Assembly (NCBI GenBank): GCA_039583615.1
Contig: JAVKSQ010000007.1
Coordinates: 10,960 to 74,959 of the forward strand
Length of the DNA: 64,000 nt
Source: Acidimicrobiales bacterium
Lineage (GTDB): Bacteria; Actinomycetota; Acidimicrobiia; Acidimicrobiales; QHCF01
Direction of reading: 5' to 3'
Below, one piece after another: positions 35,073 to 43,523 of the stretch. Each line of letters opens with the position of its first letter. Positions within the stretch are counted from its first letter, which is position 1. The position numbers and the translations under genes are program-made. A model generated the notes under the pieces. The model made no database searches, was not told the DNA's origin, and saw only the letters and a list, made by a program, of their open reading frames with translations.

Positions 35073-36094
35073 GGGTGGGGCGTCCCGCTCGCCATCTCCT
35101 GACCGCCTTGGTGGCGGGGGCCGCCTTGTTCATGCTCAGCGACAGCGTCAACGCCTTCACCGACGACAAGCTGGCCAGCGTCGGCCTCTTCGCCATCGCC
35201 CTGGCCGGCCTGACCCTGCTCACCGGGCTGGCCGGCCAGCTCTCCCTCGGCCACGGCGCCCTGATGGCCGTCGGCGCCTACACCACTGCGCTGCTCCTGG
35301 AGCACACTCGAGCGCCGGTGGCGGTGGCGATCCTGGCCGCCGTCTGCGTCACGGCCGCCGCCGGGGCCATCGTCGGCTTGGCCGCCGCCCGCCTGCGGGG
35401 GCCCTACCTGGCGGGGGCCACGCTGGCCCTGGCGGTGGCCCTGCCCGACGTGGCCAACCAGTACCCCCACCTCCTGGGGGCCGACCAGGGCATCGTGGTC
35501 AACCCGCTGCGCCCCCCGGGCTGGCTGGGCCCCGGCTTCGCTCCCGAGCGATGGCTGGCCTGGGTCAGCCTGGCCGTGGCCCTGGCGGTCATGGTGCTGC
35601 TGGCCAACCTGGCCACCGGCCGCTTGGGCCGGTCGTGGAAGGCAGTGCGCGACGACGAGGTGGCCGCCGCCCTGGCCGGCCTGGCGGTGGCCCGCATCCA
35701 GGTGACGGCGTTCGTCGTCAGTGCCGCCTGCGCCGGGCTGGCGGGCGCCCTGCTGGCCCTGGCGGTGGGACAGGTCGGCTCGGGCGGCTTCCCGCTGTCG
35801 CTGTCGCTGTCGCTGCTGGTCGGGATCGTCCTGGGCGGCCTGGGGAGCCTGGCTGGTGCGGTGTGGGGAGCGGTGGTGCTCGTCTACCTGAACGAGGTGG
35901 CGACCAGCGCCGCCACCCATCTGGGATTGTCCGCCACCACCGCCCCCAACCTGGCCCTCGTCTTCTACGGGGCCGTCCTGATCGTGGTCATGATGGCCTT
36001 CCCGACCGGGGTCCAAGGCTGGATGCGCCGCCTGGCCGCCCTGGTCGCCCGGGCCGCCCGCCCGGATCGGCCGCCCGGGGCGCCCGCTCGGTAA
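35069..36094 (+). CDS. livM: Branched-chain amino-acid ABC transporter permease (LivM-type)
   Basis: GTGA overlap with livH. LTGLAGQLSLGHGALMAVGAYTTALL is the LivM signature region. Confidence 0.85.
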   Translation: MRVGRPARHLLTALVAGAALFMLSDSVNAFTDDKLASVGLFAIALAGLTLLTGLAGQLSLGHGALMAVGAYTTALLLEHTRAPVAVAILAAVCVTAAAGAIVGLAAARLRGPYLAGATLALAVALPDVANQYPHLLGADQGIVVNPLRPPGWLGPGFAPERWLAWVSLAVALAVMVLLANLATGRLGRSWKAVRDDEVAAALAGLAVARIQVTAFVVSAACAGLAGALLALAVGQVGSGGFPLSLSLSLLVGIVLGGLGSLAGAVWGAVVLVYLNEVATSAATHLGLSATTAPNLALVFYGAVLIVVMMAFPTGVQGWMRRLAALVARAARPDRPPGAPAR

Positions 36095-36177
36095 CCGCCA
36101 TCTCGACCGCTTAGTCTGACCAGCCACGGCCCGGGCGTCCTGCCCTCGACAGGGGTCACCAAGGAAAGGGTCCGTCC

Positions 36178-37467
36178 ATGGGGCAGCGATCGAGGCACTG
36201 GCTGGCGGCCGCCTCCCTCGTCGGGGCGTTCGGCCTGGCTCTGTCCGCCTGCGGGCCCAGCGCCGGGCCAGCCGGCGGACCGGGAGGCAAGACCGCCGGC
36301 ACCGCTGGGATCACCGCCGCCACCATCACGATCGGCACCCATCAGCCGCTCACCGGTGTCGCCGCCCCCGGTTACGACGAGATAGCCCCGGCCTCCAATG
36401 CGCTTTTCGAGGACGTCAACGCCCACGGGGGGGTACACGGTCGCAAGATCAGGTACCTGATCGACGACGACGCCTACAACCCGGCCCAGACCAAGGCGGT
36501 GGTGGACAAGCTGGTCCTCCAGGACCACGTCTTCGCCATCTTCAACGGCTTGGGCACCCCCACCCACGTGGCGGTGGAGCCGTTCCTCAATGCCAACCGG
36601 GTCCCTGACCTGTTCGTCTCGTCCGGCTGCGACTGCTGGAACGACCCGTCGAAGTACCCGTACACATCGGGGTACTCGACCGACTACACGGTAGAGGGCA
36701 AGGTGGAGGGCAAGTACGTCACCGACCACTTCGCCGGGCAGAAGGTCGGCTACCTGGCCCAGAGCGACGAGTTCGGCCAGGACGGGGTCATGGGGCTGGA
36801 CCAGAGCATCCCCCAGTCGGCGGTTGTGTCCCGACAGAGCTACGACGTGACCGACCCCACCGCCGACGTCGGCCCCCAGATGCAGGCGCTGCAGTCGGCC
36901 GGCGCCCAGGTGGTGGTCCTCTACGCCATACCGGCCTTCGTCGCCCACGCCCTCCAGGCGGCGGCCAAGGTCGGCTACCACCCCCATTTCGTGGTCTCCA
37001 GCGTGGGGGCCAGCAACCCGGCCAACCTGTCCAAGCTGCTGGGCGGCCACTCGCTGCTCGACGGCCTGGTGACCGACGACTACCTTCCCTCGGTCTCCGA
37101 CTCCGGCGACCCGTGGATCAAGCTGTTCAAGCAGGTCAGCGACCGCTACCTACCCAACGCGGCCTTCGACGCCAACGTGGAGTACGGGATGGCGGTGGCG
37201 TACACCTTCGTGCGGCTCATGGACCAGGCCGGCCAGAACCCCACCAGTGACAGCGTCGTCAAGGCGCTGCAGACGGCCGACCTGTCCGGGCCCGGGCTGG
37301 CTCCCTTCGGCTACTCGGCCACCTCCACCCAGGGCTACACCGGCGTGCAGATGGGCACCATCACCAAGGGCAGCCTGGTGCTGTCGGGTCCCGTGTTCAC
37401 CTCGACCGACAACGGCCCGGTGAAGTCCTCCAAGCCCCTCTCGGTGGCGCCTCCCGGGAACCTCTAG
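36178..37467 (+). CDS. ABC transporter substrate-binding lipoprotein (Leu/Ile/Val-binding family)
   Basis: Signal peptide with lipobox LALSACG, ITIGTHQPLTGVAAPGY, and 429 aa. Directly follows livGFHM. Confidence 0.85.
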   Translation: MGQRSRHWLAAASLVGAFGLALSACGPSAGPAGGPGGKTAGTAGITAATITIGTHQPLTGVAAPGYDEIAPASNALFEDVNAHGGVHGRKIRYLIDDDAYNPAQTKAVVDKLVLQDHVFAIFNGLGTPTHVAVEPFLNANRVPDLFVSSGCDCWNDPSKYPYTSGYSTDYTVEGKVEGKYVTDHFAGQKVGYLAQSDEFGQDGVMGLDQSIPQSAVVSRQSYDVTDPTADVGPQMQALQSAGAQVVVLYAIPAFVAHALQAAAKVGYHPHFVVSSVGASNPANLSKLLGGHSLLDGLVTDDYLPSVSDSGDPWIKLFKQVSDRYLPNAAFDANVEYGMAVAYTFVRLMDQAGQNPTSDSVVKALQTADLSGPGLAPFGYSATSTQGYTGVQMGTITKGSLVLSGPVFTSTDNGPVKSSKPLSVAPPGNL

Positions 37468-37499
37468 CCCAACGGCCGGCGCGTCGCCGGTAGGAGATC

Positions 37500-37877
37500 T
37501 CAGGTGGCCGGTGGGTGGCCCGACCCGGTGGTGGTGGTCCCCCCACCGGTGGCGGGGCTGGTCGGGCCGGTGGTGGTCGTCCCGCCGGGGGCGGTGGTGG
37601 CCCCCGGCACTGTGGTGGTGGTGGTTCCCGGCGTGGTGGTCGAGGTGGAGCTGGGAGGGGCCGTCGACGACGGATGCGAGGTCGTCGGGGAAGTGGTGGT
37701 TGACCTGCGGGTCGGCCGGGTGGTGGGTGTCGAGCGCGGCACCCCAGCGGCGGGTGTGGACACGGCCGGCTGGGCGCCCGGGGCGCCAACCGGTGTCTCG
37801 GGTTGGGCGTAGGACCACAGGACGAAGACGCCGGCGAACACCACGACGAGGGCCACCGTGGAGCGGCGGACCCGCAT
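37500..37877 (-). CDS. Hypothetical membrane-anchored Thr/Pro-rich protein
   Basis: MRVRRSTVALVVVFAGVFVLWSYA, then about 100 aa of T/P/S/G-rich sequence. GC3 is high throughout. It fills an otherwise empty 450-bp gap. ATG 37931 is an alternative start overlapping the mscS 3' end. Confidence 0.4.
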   Translation of the reverse strand: MRVRRSTVALVVVFAGVFVLWSYAQPETPVGAPGAQPAVSTPAAGVPRSTPTTRPTRRSTTTSPTTSHPSSTAPPSSTSTTTPGTTTTTVPGATTAPGGTTTTGPTSPATGGGTTTTGSGHPPAT

Positions 37878-37917
37878 CAGGACCCGTAGCCGGGCCGCCA
37901 GCCAGGGCCGGAGGGCG

Positions 37918-38808
37918 CTAAACGGACTCATCGGCGTTGGCCAGGACCGAGCGGGGCGGCTCGATCCCCGCCCGCTGGAAGGCGAGGGCGATCCGGCGGC
38001 GCAGCTCCCGGCCCACCTCCCACTGCTTGGCCGGGAGGGTGCGGGCGGTGAGGCGCAGCTGGTAGAAGCCGACATCGATGGACTCGACCCCCAGCACGGT
38101 CGGCTCTTCCAGCAAGAGGTCCTTCCACCCGTCGTCCGAGGTGATCTCCTCCGCCGCCCCCCGCAGCAGCTCGGTGGCCTCGTCGAGGTCGTAGTCGGCC
38201 GGCAGCGGGATGTCGATGACCACCCGGGACCAGTCACGGGACAGGTTCGTCGCCTGGACGATCTGGCCGTTGGGGATGATCACCAGCTCCCCGTTCACCG
38301 TGCGCAGCTTGGTGGTTCGCAAGGTGAGCTCCTCCACCGTGCCACTGGTGCCGGGCGTCTGGCCGGGCACGCTGAGCCGGACGACGTCGCCGAAGCCGTA
38401 CTGGCGCTCGGCGAACAAGAAGAAGCCGGCCAGCAGGTCCTGGACCACCCGCTGGGCGCCGAACCCCAGGGCCACGCCAGCCACCGTGGCCGGGGCCACC
38501 AGGGTGGTCAGGGGTACGCCGAACCTGACCAGCACCAGCAGGGCGGCCACGAAGAAGACCAGGCCGTTCACGGCCCACTCTCCGGCCTGGACCAGGGCTC
38601 GGGCGTGCTTGGAGTGCTCGCTTGGCACCAGGCCCTCCGACACCTGGGCCCGGACCTGGTTCTCCAGGTAGCGACTGGCCTGGGCGGAGCACCAGCTGAC
38701 GAGCCGAGTCAGCAGCACCGCCCCCACCGCCAGCAGGACGATGACCAGGCCGTTGGACCTGGCCCACAGGCTTAGGTGGTTGACCTTGAAGAGGGCGCCG
38801 ACGAGCAT
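37918..38808 (-). CDS. Small-conductance mechanosensitive channel (MscS family)
   Basis: TLVAPATVAGVALGFGAQRVVQDLLAGFFLFAERQYGFGDVV..GTVEELTLRTTKLRTVNGELVIIPNG is the MscS pore helix plus beta-domain signature. Confidence 0.85.
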   Translation of the reverse strand: MLVGALFKVNHLSLWARSNGLVIVLLAVGAVLLTRLVSWCSAQASRYLENQVRAQVSEGLVPSEHSKHARALVQAGEWAVNGLVFFVAALLVLVRFGVPLTTLVAPATVAGVALGFGAQRVVQDLLAGFFLFAERQYGFGDVVRLSVPGQTPGTSGTVEELTLRTTKLRTVNGELVIIPNGQIVQATNLSRDWSRVVIDIPLPADYDLDEATELLRGAAEEITSDDGWKDLLLEEPTVLGVESIDVGFYQLRLTARTLPAKQWEVGRELRRRIALAFQRAGIEPPRSVLANADESV

Positions 38809-38924
38809 CCGGGTGCCAACCTACCGCCCCGGGACAAGCCCGAGCGTCCCTCGAGGCCGACGACCACTGCGGCGGTGTCGGCGCCTTCGCCATCGGGCGA
38901 GCCGGGCGCTGACCAACCAGCACC

Positions 38925-39222
38925 CGGCGGCGAGCTCGACCCAACCGGGGATCCGTTATGGCTTCGAACCGTTCCCTCACCGCGGCGAGGCGATCTCGAA
39001 CGCCTTGATAGACCGACTTCGGCAGGACGAACTGATGTGAAGCGGGCGCTGCTGGATGAGTCCGTCGTGGATCGCTCGGGCCTCCACAGCCCTCGGCAGG
39101 TGACCGATGCATACCTGCTCGCACTCGCCACCGCCCACCAAGGCCGGTTCGTGACCTTCGATCAGTCCGTTTCGGCCGGCGCAGTCCACGGCGCCCGGAG
39201 CGAGGATCTGACGGTCCTGTGA
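38925..39222 (+). pseudogene. Frameshifted/truncated PIN-domain (VapC-family) toxin remnant
   Basis: The C-terminal frame reads ..LLDESVVDRSGLHSPRQVTDAYLLALATAHQGRFVTFDQSV.., the conserved RQVTDAhLLALA..HGGrLaTFD end of one VapC subfamily. An upstream piece (..GEAISNALIDRLRQDEL*) sits in another frame and ends at 39038-39040. No intact N-terminal catalytic Asp region and no antitoxin ORF were found. Confidence 0.4.
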
Positions 39223-39818
39223 ACTTGAACGACCGCCTCACAGAAGGCCCTGAGGCCCGGCGGTGGCATGCTGGTGGTGTGGGATCGCTGGTCGATCGGG
39301 AGCTTGACCTGGAGGATCTGTATGCCACGCCAGAGGATGGCAACCGCTACGAGATCCTGGACGGGGCCTTGGTGATGAGCCCGCCGCCGGGCTCGGCTCA
39401 TCAGATCGTCGCCGCCGAGCTGGCTGCATTGCTCAGGGAAGGGGCGCTTCCAGGAGGGCTTCGGGCCTTGTTCGCACCTCTGGCTTGGCGGATCGGGCCG
39501 GGTCAGGTGCCCCAGCCCGACCTGATGGTGGTGACGCCCGAGGCGATCGGCCCGCGGGCCGTCGAGCGTCCTCCACTCTTGGTCGTCGAGATCCTCTCGC
39601 CGACGGGGAGGGGCCGCGATCTTTCCGAGAAGCGCCGCGTCTACGCCGAGGGACGAGCGGCGTGGTACTGGATCGTGGACCCGGAGGAGCCCAGCCTCAC
39701 GGTGCTCCGCCTGGTTGGGGTCGTCTACGAGGAGGAAGCCCGGGTCGCCGGTTCGGAGGCCTACGAGACCGAGCAGCCGTTCCCGGTTCGCGTGGTGCCG
39801 GCCGAGCTGCTGCGCTGA
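39219..39818 (+). CDS. Uma2-family (DUF820) putative endonuclease
   Basis: YEILDGALVMSPPPGSAHQ...PDLMVV...PLLVVEILSPT...DLSEKRRVYAEGRAAWYWIVDP is the PD-(D/E)XK-like Uma2 pattern. GTG 39219 overlaps the remnant stop (GTGA). Confidence 0.8.
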   Translation: MNLNDRLTEGPEARRWHAGGVGSLVDRELDLEDLYATPEDGNRYEILDGALVMSPPPGSAHQIVAAELAALLREGALPGGLRALFAPLAWRIGPGQVPQPDLMVVTPEAIGPRAVERPPLLVVEILSPTGRGRDLSEKRRVYAEGRAAWYWIVDPEEPSLTVLRLVGVVYEEEARVAGSEAYETEQPFPVRVVPAELLR

Positions 39819-39829
39819 GATGGTTGACC

Positions 39830-39850
39830 GCCGAGCCGGCCTGGCTCGGC
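39830..39850. terminator. GC hairpin between convergent Uma2 and dnaE2 genes
   Basis: GCCGAGCC-ggcct-GGCTCGGC, with a second small hairpin TCGCC-gacct-GGCGA at 39861-39875. No U-tract. Confidence 0.35.
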
Positions 39851-39888
39851 CAGCTGTAGCTCGCCGACCTGGCGAGACCCCGAGGTTC

Positions 39889-42800
39889 TCAGCGAAAGTC
39901 CCGGGACGACGGCGTGGGGCCGGCGCCCAGGGACAGGGCGTCGAGGCGCTCGGCCACCAGGTTGAGCGCCCCGTCGGCCTTCTCCAGGCGGCCCCTCACC
40001 ACCAGGGCCGAGGCGCTGCGGGCCACCGGCCGGTAGCGGGCCCACACCCCGGCCGAGCAGATCACGTTGACCATCCCGGTCTCGTCCTCCAGGTTGACGA
40101 AGATGGTCCCCCCGGCGGTGGAGGGACGCTGGCGATGGGTGACCAGCCCGCCCACCACCACCCTCGATCCCCCCTCGGCGTCGGCCAGGGCGACGGCGGT
40201 CAGCGCCCCCATGGCGTCCAGGGCGGGCCGGGCGAAGTGCACCGGGTGGGTGCCGATCGACACCCCGGTGGCCCACAGGTCAGCCGCCGTGGACTCCAGG
40301 TCGGTCATGGTGGGCAGGGGCGGGGCCTCGGTCCCGGTGGCTGCTCCAGGCAGTGTGGCCGGGTCGGCTGCCTGGGCCACCGCCCCGGCGGACCACAGGG
40401 CCTCCCGGCGGGAGCTCCTGGGGGACAGCTCCCCCAGGGCGCCGGCGGTGGCCAGGGCCTCCAGGTGGGTCCGGGACAGGGCGGCCCGGCGGGCCAGGTC
40501 CTCCATGTTCTCGTAGGGCCGCCCGGCGGCGATGCGCTCGGCCACCTCGGGGCCGATGCTGCGCACCGGCTCCAGCCCCAGGCGGACGGCCGGCCCGGGA
40601 GGCCGGCTCGGGGACCCAGCGGGAGTGGGAGAGGCGCTCTGGCGGGAGGAGGCTGTTTCGACATCTTCCAGGGTGGCCTGGGCCGCACCGGCGTTGACGT
40701 CGGGGCCCCTCACCACCACGCCGTGGCGGCGGGCGTCGGCCACCAGGGTCTGGGGTGACCAGAACCCCATGGGCTGGGAGTTGAGCAGGGCGGCGCACCA
40801 CGGGGCCGGGTGGTGCAGCTTGAGCCAGGCGCTGGCGTAGACCAGGTAGGCGAACGACACGGAGTGGCTCTCGGGGAAGCCGAAGTTGGCAAAAGCAGCC
40901 AGCTTGTCGTAGATGGCATCGGCCACCTCACCGGTGATCCCTCGCTCCGCCATCCCGGAGTACAGCCTGGTACTAAGGCGAGCCATACGCTCAGCGGAGC
41001 GTTTCGAGCCCATGGCCTGGCGGAGCTGGTCGGCCTCGGCCCCGCTGAAGCCGGCCACGTCGATGGCCATCGCCATGAGCTGCTCCTGGAACAGCGGGAC
41101 CCCCAGGGTCTTCTCCAGGGAGGGGCGCAGCAGGGGGTGGAGGTAGGTGACCGGCTCCCGGCCGGCCCGGCGGCGCAGGTAGGGGTGGACCGAGTTGCCC
41201 TGGATGGGGCCGGGGCGGATGAGGGCCACCTCCACCACCAGGTCGTAGAAGCAGCGGGGCGCCAGGCGGGGCAGGGTGGCCATCTGGGCCCGGCTCTCCA
41301 CCTGGAACACCCCCACCGAGTCGGCCCGGCACAGCATCTGGTAGACCTCGTCCTCCTGGGGCAGGCGGGCCAGGTCGACCACGCTGTGGTCCCAGCCGGC
41401 GACCAGGTCGATGGCCTGATGGATGGCCGAGAGCATCCCCAGCCCCAGCAGGTCGAACTTGACCAGGCCCACCGCCGCGCAGTCGTCCTTGTCCCACTGC
41501 AGGACACTGCGCCCGGCCATGCGGGCCCACTCCACCGGGCAGACCTCTGACACCGGGCGGTCGCAGATGACCATGCCTCCCGAGTGGATGCCCAGGTGGC
41601 GGGGAAAGCCCTGGACCGCCCTGGCCAGGTCCGCCAGCGGCGGGGGTATGGCCCCGTCGGAGCCCGGCCCGGCGGGCACCGCTGGTGCGGGGGGCGCCCC
41701 GGTGGGCGTGGGTGCCGGGGGCGCCCCGGAGGCGGGCAGCGGGGCCCACTGGTCGATCTGCTTGGACCAGGCGTCGAGCTGGCCCGGCCCATGGCCCAGG
41801 GCCCGGCCCATGTCCCGCACCGCCGAGCGGGGCCGGTAGGTGACGACGTTGGCCACCTGGGCGGCGTGGTGGCGCCCGTAGCGGTCGTAGACGTACTGGA
41901 TCACCTCCTCCCGCCGGCCCGCCTCTATGTCGACGTCTATGTCGGGCGGCCCGTCCCGCTCGGGCGACAAGAAGCGCTCGAACAACAGCCCCAGGGCCAC
42001 CGCGTCGACGCATGTGATCCCGAGGGCGTAGCAGACCGCCGAGTTGGCCGCCGACCCCCGGCCCTGGCAGAGGATCCCCTCCCGCCGGCAGAGCTCGACG
42101 ATGTCCCACACCACCAGGAAGTAGCCGGCGAAGCCCAGAGCGTCGATGACCTCCAGCTCGTGGTCCACCTGGGCCCACGCCCCCGGCACCCGCTCGGCGC
42201 CCCGGGTGCCGTACCGGGCGGTGGCCCCCTCGGCGGCGAGCTGGCGCAAGTAGCCCATCTCGCTCTGGCCGGGGGGCACGGGGAAGTCGGGCAGGCGGGG
42301 AGCGACCAGGGACAGGTCGAAGGCGCAGGCCCGGCCCAGCTCGGCCGCCCGCTCGACGATTCCCGGGTAGCGGGCCAGACGCCGGGCCTGCTCGGCCCCC
42401 GAGCGCAGGTGGGCGCCGGCCCCGGCCGGCAGCCAGCCGTCCAGCTGGTCGAGGGAGGTCCGGGCCCGCACCGCAGCCAGGGCGGTGGCCAGGCGGCGCC
42501 GGGCCGGGGTGGCGTAGTGGACGTTGTTGGTGGCCACCGCCTCGACGCGCCGGGAGACGGCCAGGGCGGACAGGGCGTCGTTGCGGGCCGAGTCCAGGGG
42601 GTCCCCGTGGTCCCAGCACTCCACGGCCACATTGCCCCGGCCGAAGGCGTCGACCAGGGCGTCCAGGGCCCGCCCGGCGGCGGCCGGGCCGGCATCGAGG
42701 AGGGCGGCGGGGACGGCCCCCTTGCGGCACCCGGTGAGGACCAGCCAGTGGTCGCCGGCCGGCCCCCCGGCCGCCTCGGACAGGCTGGGCAGCTCGAAGA

Positions 42801-43197
42801 CTGGACGGCCCTTCTCCCCCCCGGCCAGCTGCGCCAGGGCGACGGCCCGGGACAGGCGGGCGTAGCCCGCCGGGTGGCGGGCCAGGATCACCAGGTGGTG
42901 GCCGGCGGGATCAGGGGTCCCGGTCCGGGCCGGGGTGCGTGCCGCGCCCGCCGTCGGGGTGCGGGTCCGGGTCGGGTCGAGGCTCACCTCGGCCCCGAAG
43001 ACGGTGGGCAGGCCCACGGCGGCGGCGGCCTGGGCGAAGCGGACCACCCCGTACAGGCCGGCGTGGTCGGTGAGGGCCAGGGCCTCCAGGCCCAGCCGGA
43101 CCGCCTCGGCGACCAGCTCCTCGGGGTGGGAGGCCCCGTCGAGGAAGCTGAAGTTGGAATGGCAATGCAGCTCGGCGTAAGGGACTCTCCGGCCCAC
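39889..43197 (-). CDS. dnaE2: Error-prone DNA polymerase III alpha subunit DnaE2 (ImuC)
   Basis: 1102 aa. N-terminal PHP domain YAELHCHSNFSFLDGASHPEELV..LTDHAGLYG. Has a C-terminal OB domain but no tau/beta-binding tail. Preceded by a LexA box. Confidence 0.9.
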   Translation of the reverse strand: MGRRVPYAELHCHSNFSFLDGASHPEELVAEAVRLGLEALALTDHAGLYGVVRFAQAAAAVGLPTVFGAEVSLDPTRTRTPTAGAARTPARTGTPDPAGHHLVILARHPAGYARLSRAVALAQLAGGEKGRPVFELPSLSEAAGGPAGDHWLVLTGCRKGAVPAALLDAGPAAAGRALDALVDAFGRGNVAVECWDHGDPLDSARNDALSALAVSRRVEAVATNNVHYATPARRRLATALAAVRARTSLDQLDGWLPAGAGAHLRSGAEQARRLARYPGIVERAAELGRACAFDLSLVAPRLPDFPVPPGQSEMGYLRQLAAEGATARYGTRGAERVPGAWAQVDHELEVIDALGFAGYFLVVWDIVELCRREGILCQGRGSAANSAVCYALGITCVDAVALGLLFERFLSPERDGPPDIDVDIEAGRREEVIQYVYDRYGRHHAAQVANVVTYRPRSAVRDMGRALGHGPGQLDAWSKQIDQWAPLPASGAPPAPTPTGAPPAPAVPAGPGSDGAIPPPLADLARAVQGFPRHLGIHSGGMVICDRPVSEVCPVEWARMAGRSVLQWDKDDCAAVGLVKFDLLGLGMLSAIHQAIDLVAGWDHSVVDLARLPQEDEVYQMLCRADSVGVFQVESRAQMATLPRLAPRCFYDLVVEVALIRPGPIQGNSVHPYLRRRAGREPVTYLHPLLRPSLEKTLGVPLFQEQLMAMAIDVAGFSGAEADQLRQAMGSKRSAERMARLSTRLYSGMAERGITGEVADAIYDKLAAFANFGFPESHSVSFAYLVYASAWLKLHHPAPWCAALLNSQPMGFWSPQTLVADARRHGVVVRGPDVNAGAAQATLEDVETASSRQSASPTPAGSPSRPPGPAVRLGLEPVRSIGPEVAERIAAGRPYENMEDLARRAALSRTHLEALATAGALGELSPRSSRREALWSAGAVAQAADPATLPGAATGTEAPPLPTMTDLESTAADLWATGVSIGTHPVHFARPALDAMGALTAVALADAEGGSRVVVGGLVTHRQRPSTAGGTIFVNLEDETGMVNVICSAGVWARYRPVARSASALVVRGRLEKADGALNLVAERLDALSLGAGPTPSSRDFR

Positions 43198-43210
43198 TTC
43201 GTCAATCTAG

Positions 43211-43224
43211 CGAACGTACGTTCT
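43211..43224. promoter_or_regulatory. LexA (SOS) box, perfect palindrome GAACGTACGTTC, upstream of dnaE2
   Basis: Core at 43212-43223 matches the actinobacterial/Gram-positive Cheo box GAAC-N4-GTTC. On the minus strand it is followed by gcTAGATTgacgaaGTG, i.e. a TAnnnT hexamer 6 nt before the dnaE2 GTG (leaderless-type geometry). Confidence 0.75.
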
Positions 43225-43261
43225 CCTTGCACCCGGTGCTGATCGTGGCAAGCTGGATGCT

Positions 43262-43519
43262 GTGACGACGTTGCTGGCCTTGTTCCGCCGCTACTACGTG
43301 CCCCACTACTACGGCAACCGCGGGGGCCTCGGCCACGGGCTGGGCCGATCCATCCTCCACGGCGCCGCCTGGTACGCCGGGTGGCACCTGGCTGCCCTCA
43401 TCGGGCTCCCGCTGCTGGTGGTACTGCTGGTGGTGGTGGGGATCTACATAGGCGTCCGCATGCGGTCCCGGGCCAACTATCCCCCTCCGCCCTGGGGTCG
43501 CCGGCCGGGCGGCTGGTAG
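43262..43519 (+). CDS. Hypothetical small membrane protein (85 aa), divergent from dnaE2
   Basis: MTTLLALFRRYYVPHYYGNRGG..one strong TM segment LAALIGLPLLVVLLVVVGIYIGV..RSRANYPPPPWGRRPGGW. GC3 is high. The start lies 38 nt from the LexA box. Confidence 0.4.
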   Translation: MTTLLALFRRYYVPHYYGNRGGLGHGLGRSILHGAAWYAGWHLAALIGLPLLVVLLVVVGIYIGVRMRSRANYPPPPWGRRPGGW

Positions 43520-43523
43520 GGCC

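Noticed and set aside
38940-39010. tRNA-like GGCTTCGAACC segment
   Set aside because: There is no acceptor stem, D-arm or anticodon arm complementarity around it. It falls inside the PIN-remnant reading frames.
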